From contig CAWCCM010000001.1 of the NCBI GenBank assembly GCA_963794145.1, positions 62,910 through 126,909 of the forward strand: a stretch of 64,000 nt of DNA, read 5' to 3'. The stretch is from an uncultured Acidimicrobiaceae bacterium. GTDB taxonomy: Bacteria; Actinomycetota; Acidimicrobiia; Acidimicrobiales; RAAP-2. Below are positions 35,652 to 44,387 of the stretch, one piece after another. The position numbers were made by a program, and so were the translations under genes. The notes under the pieces are model-generated. The model saw only the letters and a program-made list of their open reading frames with translations, ran no database searches and was not told the origin of the DNA. Position 1 is the stretch's first letter. Every line of letters begins with the position of its first letter.

Positions 35652-38153
35652 ATGAAGACGACCGTGGAGGACAGGCCGACGCACGCACGGACGGGGGGCG
35701 ACCTGCCCGACCGTGCCCGCGTCGTGGTCATCGGCGGGGGCGTCGTCGGCAGCTCGACCGCCTACCACCTGGCCAAGATGGGGTGGACCGACGTCCTCCT
35801 CGTCGAACAGGGCCAGCTCTCGTGCGGCACGACCTGGCACGCCGCCGGCCTGCTCGGCCAGCTCCGCGCGACCGAGTCGGGGACCCGGCTCGTGCAGTAC
35901 TCGGCCCGGCTCTACGGCGAGCTCGAGGCGGAGACGGGCCTCGCCACCGGCCTCAAGCGTTGTGGCGGCGTCACCGTCGCCCGCACACCCGACCGGATGG
36001 TCCAGTTGCGCCGGACCGCCGCGACGGCCGAGGCCTACGACCTCGAGTGCGAGCTGCTCACCCCGGCCCACGCGCTCGAGCGCTATCCACTCCTCGAGAC
36101 CGGCGATTTGCTCGGTGCGCTCTGGCTGCCCGGCGACGCCACCGTGAACCCGGTGGATGTGACGGCCTCGCTCGCCCGCGGTGCCCGCTTGCGCGGGGTG
36201 CGCATCGAGGAGCGCACCCGCGTGACCGGCGTCACCACCGAGGGCGGGCGGGTGACCGGCGTCGTGACCGACCGCGGCGCGGTGGAAGCCGAGGTCGTCG
36301 TGAACTGCGCCGGCCAGTGGGCCAAGGCCGTGGGGCTCCTGTGCGGCGTGGACGTCCCGCTGCACTCGGCCGAGCACTTCTACGTGGTGACCGAGGCGAT
36401 TGATGGCGTGCACCGCGACCTGCCGATCCTGCGCGACCCCGACGGGTACACCTACATGAAGGAGGAGGTCGGGGGGCTGGTGGTCGGCGGCTTCGAGCCG
36501 ACCGCCAAGCCGTGGGTCGCCCCGGACGCGCTGCCTCACCCGTTCGAGTTCCAGCTGCTCGAGGAGGACTGGGACCACTTCGGCGTGCTCATGGACTCGG
36601 CCCTGCACCGCATCCCCGTGCTGCAGCACACCGGGTTGAAGAAGCTCTACAACGGGCCCGAGAGCTTCACCCCGGACAACCAGTTCTGCCTCGGCGAGGC
36701 ACCGGGGCTGCGGGGTTTCTTCGTCGGCGCCGGCTTCAACTCGGTCGGGATCGCCTCGGGGGGCGGCGCCGGCCGGGCCCTGGCCGAGTGGATCGTCGAG
36801 GGTGAGCCGACGAGCGACCTCGTGGCCGTCGACGTCCGGCGCTTCGCCCCGTTCAACGCCAACAACCGCTGGCTCAGGGATCGCGTGGGGGAGGTGCTCG
36901 GGCTCCACTACGCCGTGCCGTGGCCCAACCGCGAGCTAGCCACCGCCCGACCCTTCCGCCGTTCGCCCCTCCATCACCTCCTGGCCGGCAAGGGCGCGGT
37001 CTTCGGTTCGAAGATGGGGTGGGAGCGCCCCAACGTCTTTGCACCGCCGGGGGCGCCGGCCGAGCTCGACTACACCTGGGGGCGCCCCGACTGGTTGTCC
37101 TGGTCCGTCGCCGAGCAGACGGCCACGCGCCAGCGGGTGGCCGTCTTCGACGAGACCTCCTTCGGCAAGCTGCTCGTCGTCGGGCGGGACGCCGAGGCGG
37201 TGCTCCAGCGGCTGTGCACGGCCGACGTCGCTGTCGAGCCGGGTCGGGCCGTCTACACCGCGATGCTCAACGAGCGCGCCGGGTACGAGGCCGACGTCAC
37301 CGTCACCCGCCTGGCCGCCGACCGCTACCTGCTGGTGACGAGCGCAGCGTCGCCGGTGCGCGACGCCGCGTGGATCGAGCGGCACCTCCGGGCCACGGAG
37401 CACGTGAGCGTCGTCGACGTTTCCTCCGCCTACGCCGTGCTGGGCGTCATGGGCCCGGCGTCGCGGCAGCTGCTGGCCCGCCTCGGTTCAGCCGACCTCT
37501 CCGACAGCGCCTTCCCGTTCTCGACGAGCCGGGAGATCGCCCTCGGCTACGCCACGGTGCGCGCCACCCGCATCACCTATGTCGGCGAGCTCGGCTGGGA
37601 GCTGTACGTGCCGACCGAGTTCGCCGTCGGCGTGTACGAGGACCTGGTGGCTGCGGGCGACGACCTCGCCCTCGGCCGGGCCGACGCCGGGTACTACGCC
37701 ATCAACAGCCTGCGGCTCGACAAGGGGTACCGGGCCTTCGGGTCTGACCTCACGCCGGACCACACGCCCCTCGAGGCTGGCCTGCGCTTCACCTGCAAGC
37801 TCGGGACCCCGATCGACTTCGTCGGACGAGCCGCGCTGGAGGCGGCCATCGCGGCGGGGCCGCAGCGGCGCCTCGTGTCGCTGCGTGTCGGGGACCCAGA
37901 CGTCATGCTCTGGGGTGGCGAGCTCGTCCTGCGCGACGGGGAGCCGTCCGGGCAGGTGACCTCGGCGGCATGGTCGGTCACGTGCGGCGCCGCCGTCGGG
38001 CTCGCGTACGTCAGACGACCGGACCGTGGCCCGGTCGCCGCCGACGACGTGGGCACCGGAACCTGGGAGGTGACGGTGGGAGAGCACGTCGCACCGCTCG
38101 AGATCCGTACGGGGCCGCTCTACGACCCCACCTCGGCCCGGGTCCGGGTCTGA
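35652..38153 (+). CDS. Dimethylglycine/sarcosine-dehydrogenase-like protein: an FAD-dependent oxidoreductase fused to a GcvT-type folate-binding aminomethyltransferase domain.
   Basis: It lies inside ORF 35286..38153 and starts MKTTVEDRP. Motifs are VVVIGGGVVGSSTAYHLAK and CGTTWHAAGL. The C-terminal GcvT-like region contains SFGKLLVVGRDA and ITYVGELGWELYVP. Confidence 0.9.
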   Translation: MKTTVEDRPTHARTGGDLPDRARVVVIGGGVVGSSTAYHLAKMGWTDVLLVEQGQLSCGTTWHAAGLLGQLRATESGTRLVQYSARLYGELEAETGLATGLKRCGGVTVARTPDRMVQLRRTAATAEAYDLECELLTPAHALERYPLLETGDLLGALWLPGDATVNPVDVTASLARGARLRGVRIEERTRVTGVTTEGGRVTGVVTDRGAVEAEVVVNCAGQWAKAVGLLCGVDVPLHSAEHFYVVTEAIDGVHRDLPILRDPDGYTYMKEEVGGLVVGGFEPTAKPWVAPDALPHPFEFQLLEEDWDHFGVLMDSALHRIPVLQHTGLKKLYNGPESFTPDNQFCLGEAPGLRGFFVGAGFNSVGIASGGGAGRALAEWIVEGEPTSDLVAVDVRRFAPFNANNRWLRDRVGEVLGLHYAVPWPNRELATARPFRRSPLHHLLAGKGAVFGSKMGWERPNVFAPPGAPAELDYTWGRPDWLSWSVAEQTATRQRVAVFDETSFGKLLVVGRDAEAVLQRLCTADVAVEPGRAVYTAMLNERAGYEADVTVTRLAADRYLLVTSAASPVRDAAWIERHLRATEHVSVVDVSSAYAVLGVMGPASRQLLARLGSADLSDSAFPFSTSREIALGYATVRATRITYVGELGWELYVPTEFAVGVYEDLVAAGDDLALGRADAGYYAINSLRLDKGYRAFGSDLTPDHTPLEAGLRFTCKLGTPIDFVGRAALEAAIAAGPQRRLVSLRVGDPDVMLWGGELVLRDGEPSGQVTSAAWSVTCGAAVGLAYVRRPDRGPVAADDVGTGTWEVTVGEHVAPLEIRTGPLYDPTSARVRV

Positions 38154-38270
38154 CACCCGGGGGCGAGCCCGTCGGCTCGGGCCCGGCCGGTAACGTACGG
38201 CCGGTGTGGCCGAACACCAGCGCCGCCGGGGTGACCCGCCTGCGCCCGTGCCCGACCCGTCACCCGGCGG

Positions 38271-40916
38271 GTGACTGAGCCCGCCGCCCCCGGGCCTCGC
38301 CGAGCCGGTGCCGGCACCGGCTCGGGCACCGAGGTGTTCGCACCCCGCCACGCCGCCGGCTCCGGGCCGCGGCACGCGGCGGCCCCGGCCGGGCCCGACG
38401 CAGCTGCCCGCGCCGAGTCGGGCGCGCGGGCCCTCGAGGGGCCAGCCCCCGGCACGCGCGGCCCCTGGTGGTGGGTGCCCGGCGCGCTCACCGTGCTCAC
38501 GATCGCCTCCGTGATCGTGGTGACGCTCTGGCAGCTGCACCCGGGCATGCTGTTCACCTCGACCACGACGACGGGCGGCGACACCGGCGCGCACATCGCC
38601 ATGCCGAAGTTCCTCGAGTCGCTCCTCGTCCACGGCCACCTGACCGGGTGGGACCCGGGTTGGTACGACGGCTTCCCCCTCTACACCTTCTACTTCACGC
38701 TGCCGGACCTGTTCATCGCCGTCGCCGGCTGGGTCATCCCCTACGCGGTCGCCTTCAAGCTCGGCACCATTCTCGGCTCGGTTCTCCTGCCCGTCTGCGC
38801 CTGGGCCTGCGGGCGGTTCTTCCGGTTACGCCCGCCCCTGCCCACGCTGCTGGCCGCGTCGGCACTGCCCTTCCTGTTCGACCCGACGTTCACCATTCTC
38901 GGTGGCAACCTCTTCTCCACCCTGGCCGGCGAGTACTCCTACTCGTTCAGCCTCTCGATGGCCATCTTGTTCCTCGGGCTGTTCGCCTGCGCGGTGCGGG
39001 AGGGCCGGCACCGCGGCTGGGCCGCCCTGGTGCTGGCCGTCTGCGTGCTGTCGCACATCGTCCCCGCCTTCTACGCGCTCGGCGGCGCCGCCGTGCTGAC
39101 CGTGATCGAGCTGCTCCCGGCGCGCTGGGGTATCACCGACGACCGGCTGCAGCTGGCGCGCCCGGACCCGACCGCCACCTGGGTGCCGCGCCGGCGAACC
39201 CTGTGGTGGGCCACCTCCACGGTCGGCGTGGGTCTGCTCCTTTCCGGGTGGTGGTTGGTGCCTTTCGGGCTCGAACACGCCTACACCACGTCCATGGGGT
39301 ACACCAACGTCGAGGGCTGGGCCCAGTACTTCCCCGAGGCGGACGCCTGGGCGCTCGTCCTGGCAGGTGTGGGCGCCGTTGCCGCGTGCGTGACCCGCAG
39401 CCGGTTCGGCATCACGGTCACCGTGCTCGGGGTGGCGTCCGCGGTGGCCACCGCGGTCGATCCCCAGGGTGCCCTGTACAACGTGCGCCTGCTGCCGCTG
39501 TGGTTCATTTCGGTCTACCTCATGGCGGCGTGGGGCTTCGGCACCGTCTGCGTCGCCGTGGCGCGTGCCTGGCGCCGGTACCGCCTTCGGCGCTGGGAGT
39601 CGGCGCACCGGCTCTGGGACGAGCCCGACCCGCTGACGATCGTGCCGGGGTCCCCGTCCGGTCCGTTGGGCGCGGCCGGGTTCACGGCCGGGTTCACGGC
39701 CGGGTTCACGGCGGGGAACGCCCCGAGGCACACGATGGGCCACGAGGTGCGGCACGTCGAGCGCCCTCCGTCACCGCGTTGGGCCCCCGCGGCAGTGGGC
39801 GGGGCCGCACTGGGCCTGGTGGCCACGCTGCTGGCGGTCGTGACACCGCTGGTCGTGCCGCAGTCCGCCCTGCCGGTCACGCTCGGCTCCAACCAGGTCG
39901 CCAACTGGTCCCACTACAACTACGCGGGATACGAGGGGCAGGCGTCCTATCCCGAGTACCGGTCGTTGCTGCAGCAGATGGCAGCCGTCGGGCGCCGCGA
40001 CGGCTGCGGCCGAGCCATGTGGGAGTACAGCGCCAGCGAGAACCGCTTCGGCACGCCGATGGCCCTGATGCTGCTGCCGTACTGGACGAACGGGTGCATC
40101 GACTCCATGGAGGGTCTGCTCTTCGAATCCTCCACGACGACGCCCTACCACTTCATCGACCAGGCCGAGCTCTCCGCGCAGCCGTCGGAGCCCGAGGTGA
40201 ACCTCCACTACGGGACGGGAGCCGACGTGGCGCTGGGCGTCAAGCACCTGCAGCTGCTGGGGGTGCGGTACTTCATTGCGGAGACCGCCAGCATCGAGCA
40301 GCAAGCCGATGCCAACCCCGACCTCACCCTGCTGGCGCGCTCGGGACCGTGGACGTACAACGACAGCGGCGCCATCACGCACACCACGTGGAGCATCTAC
40401 CTGGTCAAGGACTCCCCGCTCGTCACCCCGCTGGCCAACGACCCGGTCGTGCTCTCCGGGGTCAAGCCCGCGCAGTCGAGCTGGCTCGGCCCGGCGCAGG
40501 ACTGGTACGTCCACCCCGGCCGCTGGGACGTCGAGCTGGCCCAGAGCGGGCCGTCGTCGTGGCCGCGCACCTCCGTCGACCACATCCGCCCCACGGCGAA
40601 GAAGGCGGGCACCACGACGGTGAGCCGCGTGACGCAGACCGACTCCACCGTCAGCTTCCACGTGTCGAAGCTGGGCACCCCGGTGCTCGTCAAGGTCTCC
40701 TACTTCCCCAACTGGCACGCCTCCGGAGCTCGGGGTCCGTGGCGGGTGACGCCCAACTTGATGGTGGTCGTGCCGACGTCACACGACGTGACGCTGAGCT
40801 ACGGGACCTCCTCGGCCGACTTCCTCGGCGTGCTGGCCACGCTGCTGGGACTGGCCGGCCTGGTGGCGCTCTTCGCCGTCCCGGCGGTGCGCCGTCGGCG
40901 ACTCAGGACAGCTTGA
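38271..40916 (+). CDS. Large polytopic membrane protein with a roughly 400-aa extracytoplasmic C-terminal domain. Candidate GT-C-like glycosyltransferase (PTPS-related/YfhO-like).
   Basis: An 881-aa ORF containing TTTGGDTGAHIAMPKF and GWDPGWYDGFPLYTFYF, with about 12 TM segments. The function call is tentative and the GTG start is uncertain. Confidence 0.75.
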   Translation: MTEPAAPGPRRAGAGTGSGTEVFAPRHAAGSGPRHAAAPAGPDAAARAESGARALEGPAPGTRGPWWWVPGALTVLTIASVIVVTLWQLHPGMLFTSTTTTGGDTGAHIAMPKFLESLLVHGHLTGWDPGWYDGFPLYTFYFTLPDLFIAVAGWVIPYAVAFKLGTILGSVLLPVCAWACGRFFRLRPPLPTLLAASALPFLFDPTFTILGGNLFSTLAGEYSYSFSLSMAILFLGLFACAVREGRHRGWAALVLAVCVLSHIVPAFYALGGAAVLTVIELLPARWGITDDRLQLARPDPTATWVPRRRTLWWATSTVGVGLLLSGWWLVPFGLEHAYTTSMGYTNVEGWAQYFPEADAWALVLAGVGAVAACVTRSRFGITVTVLGVASAVATAVDPQGALYNVRLLPLWFISVYLMAAWGFGTVCVAVARAWRRYRLRRWESAHRLWDEPDPLTIVPGSPSGPLGAAGFTAGFTAGFTAGNAPRHTMGHEVRHVERPPSPRWAPAAVGGAALGLVATLLAVVTPLVVPQSALPVTLGSNQVANWSHYNYAGYEGQASYPEYRSLLQQMAAVGRRDGCGRAMWEYSASENRFGTPMALMLLPYWTNGCIDSMEGLLFESSTTTPYHFIDQAELSAQPSEPEVNLHYGTGADVALGVKHLQLLGVRYFIAETASIEQQADANPDLTLLARSGPWTYNDSGAITHTTWSIYLVKDSPLVTPLANDPVVLSGVKPAQSSWLGPAQDWYVHPGRWDVELAQSGPSSWPRTSVDHIRPTAKKAGTTTVSRVTQTDSTVSFHVSKLGTPVLVKVSYFPNWHASGARGPWRVTPNLMVVVPTSHDVTLSYGTSSADFLGVLATLLGLAGLVALFAVPAVRRRRLRTA
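39675..39710 (+). repeat. In-frame 12-bp microsatellite gccgggttcacg x3, encoding (AGFT)3.
   Basis: Read directly from the sequence. It lies in a predicted loop of the large membrane protein. Confidence 0.85.
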
Positions 40917-42303
40917 TCGTCGCCGGCACGGCCAGGGCGTCCCAGGCGACTCCGACGCAGGACGTCGCCGTCGGGCACGAGATCCCGAGGATCTTGGTGA
41001 TGTCGTTCGACGACCCCCGAACCGACCAGCTACCTCCCGAGTCCGCCGTCGAGACGGGCATCCCGGCGCCGGCCGCCTGACAATCGGCCTCCGAGGCGCA
41101 CGACACGGCCAGGAACCACGAGCGCGTGGCGGGTCCGTGGGGCAGCTGACGCACCCAGGTGGCGCCCCCGTCCCCGCTGCGCAGGACAGCCTGGGTCGGC
41201 GCGTTCCCCACGGCGACACAGACCTGTGACGTCGGGCACGTGACGGCGCTCAGCTGCGTGCCCCCCCGTGCCAACTGGTACCCCGACTGCCACGTCCGGC
41301 CGGCGTCCGCGGAACGAAGGATCTCGCCGGTCGTCACTCCGGCGCCGGCACGGGAACCGACGGCGACGCAGTCGGCGGCGCTCGGGCACGAGATGCCCGC
41401 CGGGACGAAGCACGGGGTCGGGGTGTCGGCCCACGTGTGCCCGCCGTCGGTCGTGCTGTAGGTCGCGCCCGACGGGCAGGTCGAGCCGCTGGCCGGCGCC
41501 GATCCGCCGGCGACGCACTGCGTGGTCGACGGGCACGAGACGGCGTCGAAGGCGACGTTCCCGACGGTGGCTGTATTCCAGGTGGCGCCCCCGTCCGCGG
41601 TCGAGATCGCCGTGGTACCGCCCACGGCGGTACACGTGTTGGCCGCCGGGCACGCGACGGCGGCGAGTGTCCCCACCCCGGCCGGCACGTTGTGCTGCGA
41701 CCAGGTCGAGCCGCCGTCTGACGAGGTCAGCACCATGCCCGTCTTGAAAGTCGTCTCGCCCACGGCCACGCACTGGGTGCCGCTCGGGCATGCCACCGCG
41801 GTGAGCGTGTAGGAGGAAGGGCCGAAGGTCCGCGTCACCGACCACGACGGTCCCGGTGGGCCGGCCAGCAAGGCCAGCGCCCTCGCCGTCGCGCTCTGCT
41901 GCGGGCTCGGTGCCGGCGCGCTCGGCACCGGTGCGGCGCTCTGTGCGTGTGCACCGGCGGGGATCACGGCCGCCTGCCGTGCCGTGTGGGGAGCGCCGGG
42001 TGCCGAGAGCTCGGCCGTCGCGGCGGCGACCACCACCACGACGAGCCCGATGGAGAGCGCCGCCCAGGCGGCGCGGACGAGCGGGCGACGCCGGCGTTGG
42101 CGGCGCTCGCGTCGGGAGAGCGGCGTCTCCCGACGAAGGGCCGGGAGCACGGCACGGTCGGGGTCCTCGAGCTGGGGGAGCGGCTGCACGGGCGCGAGCG
42201 TGCAAGCTCCGAGCGAACTCCGCGTGAAGCCGGTGAGCTCGTCGGGGCGGATCACGTCCTCACGCCGACCCGGGACGGCGTTCTCCTCCTCGATGATGGT
42301 CAT
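40903..42303 (-). CDS. Membrane-anchored BNR/Asp-box beta-propeller protein (Ycf48/sialidase-like fold).
   Basis: It lies inside ORF 40903..42924 and starts MTIIEEENAV (ATG 42303). It has an Arg-rich cytoplasmic segment and the TM helix AAWAALSIGLVVVVVAAATA. There are six SxDxGxTW boxes (SSDGGSTW, TADGGATW, TTDGGHTW, SADAGRTW, SGDGGATW, TADSGGSW) and seven CPxxxxC motifs. Confidence 0.85.
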   Translation of the reverse strand: MTIIEEENAVPGRREDVIRPDELTGFTRSSLGACTLAPVQPLPQLEDPDRAVLPALRRETPLSRRERRQRRRRPLVRAAWAALSIGLVVVVVAAATAELSAPGAPHTARQAAVIPAGAHAQSAAPVPSAPAPSPQQSATARALALLAGPPGPSWSVTRTFGPSSYTLTAVACPSGTQCVAVGETTFKTGMVLTSSDGGSTWSQHNVPAGVGTLAAVACPAANTCTAVGGTTAISTADGGATWNTATVGNVAFDAVSCPSTTQCVAGGSAPASGSTCPSGATYSTTDGGHTWADTPTPCFVPAGISCPSAADCVAVGSRAGAGVTTGEILRSADAGRTWQSGYQLARGGTQLSAVTCPTSQVCVAVGNAPTQAVLRSGDGGATWVRQLPHGPATRSWFLAVSCASEADCQAAGAGMPVSTADSGGSWSVRGSSNDITKILGISCPTATSCVGVAWDALAVPATIKLS

Positions 42304-42452
42304 GGTTTCAGAGGCCGAAGCTAGTCGTCCGGGGGCGATTCTGGCGACCCGAGCGGTCGGCCGGCCGGTCGGGGCTACCAAGGCCACGCTCCGGCCGCGA
42401 CCCGCCCGACCTGGGTCGGGAGGCGACGGGTCGAACTTCACGAGACAAAGCG

Positions 42453-42471
42453 GACAGAATCTGTCTAATAT
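42453..42471 (+). promoter_or_regulatory. Perfect 13-bp palindrome GACAGAATCTGTC (candidate TetR operator) directly followed by the -10-like TAATAT. Spacing implies a leaderless TetR transcript.
   Basis: The palindrome is at 42453-42465 and TAATAT at 42466-42471. The TetR ATG is at 42480, which is 8 nt after the -10. Confidence 0.5.
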
Positions 42472-42479
42472 GTTCGGAG

Positions 42480-43098
42480 ATGACGGCGACCCTGCACGAG
42501 GTGACTCCGGCGGGGACTCCCGGGCCGGACGCCTACGCCGGGCGACCCTTCGGCCCCACCGAGTCGCGCATCCTCGTCGCCGCCCTGGCCGTGATCGGCC
42601 GCCGCGGCGTGCGCCGGCTCGGCATGCAGGAGGTGGCGGAGGCCGCCGGCGTGTCACCGCGGAACGCTGTACCGGTACTTCCCGAGCAAGGACCACGTGC
42701 TCGCTGCCGCGGCCGAATACGACGGGGAGCGCTTCCGGATCGGGCTCGAGGATGTGCTGGCGGAGGCCCACGGCCCCGAAGAGCGGATCGCCGCCTTCAT
42801 GGCCTACTCCTTCGACTTCATCCGCGAGCATCCGTGCCGCCCGCTCTTCGAATCCGAGCCGGGCTTCGTGATGGGCTACCTCCTCGACCACCTGCCTTCG
42901 CTGCGCGACGAGTTGCTCGCGCACCTCGGGGACGCGTTCGACGCCGTCCCGGCCGTGGCCGCCGGCGCGCTGGGGCGCGAGCAGCTGGCCGACGTCATCG
43001 TGCGCCTCTTCGCGGCGAGCTGGATCATCCCGCAGGCCGACGACGACTCACTCGTGCAATCGCTCAACCACATCCTGCAACTCAACGGGGGAACCTGA
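42480..43098 (+). pseudogene. TetR-family transcriptional regulator with one frameshift inside the HTH region (about 42657-42663).
   Basis: The N-terminus is ESRILVAALAVIGRRGVRRLGMQEVAEAAGVSP. Then TLYRYFPSKDHVLAAAAEYDGERF... continues 1 nt out of frame as ORF 42697..43098. Confidence 0.8.
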
Positions 43099-44387
43099 TG
43101 ACCGACATCACCGACATCACCGACATCACCGACATCACCGACACCACCGACACCACCGACACCGCCGAGGCGGACGCCGGCGGCGAGGGCTACGGCCAGG
43201 ATCCGTTTTCCGCGATGGACGCCGAGATGGCGGCCAACCCGCAGCCGGTCTTCCAGGCCCTGCGCCACGACATGCCTGTGATGGAGGTCGACATGCCGTC
43301 GGGCGGCCGTGCCGTCCTGCTCACGCGCAAAGCCGATATCGACTACACGCTGCGCCACGCGGACATCTTCTCCTCCAACATGGACGCCGTTGATCTCAAG
43401 AACGCGCGGCCGATGATCCCGCTGCAGATCGACCCGCCGGAGCACAAGAAATACCGACGTCTGCTCGACCCGCTCTTCTCCCCCCACAAGACGGCGGTGA
43501 TGGAGGACGAGGTCCGCGACCTGGTCAACCAGCTGATCGACGGCTTCATCGACCGGGGCGAGGTGGACTTCGCCGCTGAGTTCTCCGTCCCGTTCCCCTC
43601 CCAGGTGTTCCTCACCCTCCTCGGTCTCCCCATGGAGGAGCTGGACCGCTTCGTGGCCATGAAGGACGGCATCATCCGTCCCGACCACGTGACCGGGAAG
43701 CCCTACGGCCACCCCGAGATGCAGGCGCACCAGCAGAAGACGGCCGACTCGGTCTACGCCTACTTCAACGAGATCCTCGACCAGCGCGAGGTGGAGCGCC
43801 GTGACGACCTGCTCTCGCACTTCCTCGATGCCGAGGTCGACGGCGACCGGCTGACCCGCGAGGACATCCTCGACATCTGCTTCCTGTTCCTCATCGCCGG
43901 CCTGGACACGGTCACCGCCACGCTCGACTGCATGTTCGCCTACCTGGCCCAGCACCCCGACCAGCGTCGGCAGCTCGTCGAGGACCCCGGTCTCATCCCC
44001 AACGCGGTCGAGGAGCTGCTGCGCTGGGAGACGCCCGTCATGGGCGTGGCCCGCGTGGCCGTCGAGGAGACCGAGCTCGGTGGGTGCCCCGTTCACGCCG
44101 GCGACCAGGTCATGGTCATGATCGGCTCGGCCAACACCGACGAGGAGGAGTTCGCCGACGCCGACCAGGTCCGCTTCGACCGCGAGGTCAACCGGCACAT
44201 CGCCTTCGGCGGGGGAATCCACCGCTGCCTCGGGTCCAACCTGGCCCGCCTGGAGCTGCGGACGGCACTGCGCGAGTGGCACCGGCGCATCCCCGACTAC
44301 GAGATCGAGCCGGGCCACACGCTGCGCTACACCGGCGGGATCCGCTCCATCGACTACTTCCCGCTGCGCTTCTCGGCCAGCGCGTAG
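43098..44387 (+). CDS. Cytochrome P450.
   Basis: The ATG overlaps the TetR stop as TGATG. The EELLRWETP (ExxR) motif and the heme-binding loop FGGGIHRCLGSNLA are present. Confidence 0.9.
   Translation: MTDITDITDITDITDTTDTTDTAEADAGGEGYGQDPFSAMDAEMAANPQPVFQALRHDMPVMEVDMPSGGRAVLLTRKADIDYTLRHADIFSSNMDAVDLKNARPMIPLQIDPPEHKKYRRLLDPLFSPHKTAVMEDEVRDLVNQLIDGFIDRGEVDFAAEFSVPFPSQVFLTLLGLPMEELDRFVAMKDGIIRPDHVTGKPYGHPEMQAHQQKTADSVYAYFNEILDQREVERRDDLLSHFLDAEVDGDRLTREDILDICFLFLIAGLDTVTATLDCMFAYLAQHPDQRRQLVEDPGLIPNAVEELLRWETPVMGVARVAVEETELGGCPVHAGDQVMVMIGSANTDEEEFADADQVRFDREVNRHIAFGGGIHRCLGSNLARLELRTALREWHRRIPDYEIEPGHTLRYTGGIRSIDYFPLRFSASA
43101..43163 (+). repeat. In-frame 9-bp microsatellite (accgacatc)x4 (accgacacc)x3, encoding (TDI)4(TDT)3 immediately after the P450 start codon.
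   Basis: Read directly from the sequence. Confidence 0.9.

Noticed and set aside
43101-43163. Short regularly repeated units that could superficially suggest a CRISPR array. The same question applies to 39675-39710, 18571-18605 and 910-959.
   Set aside because: The units are 9-25 bp and directly contiguous with no spacers, and most are in frame inside CDSs. No cas genes are present.
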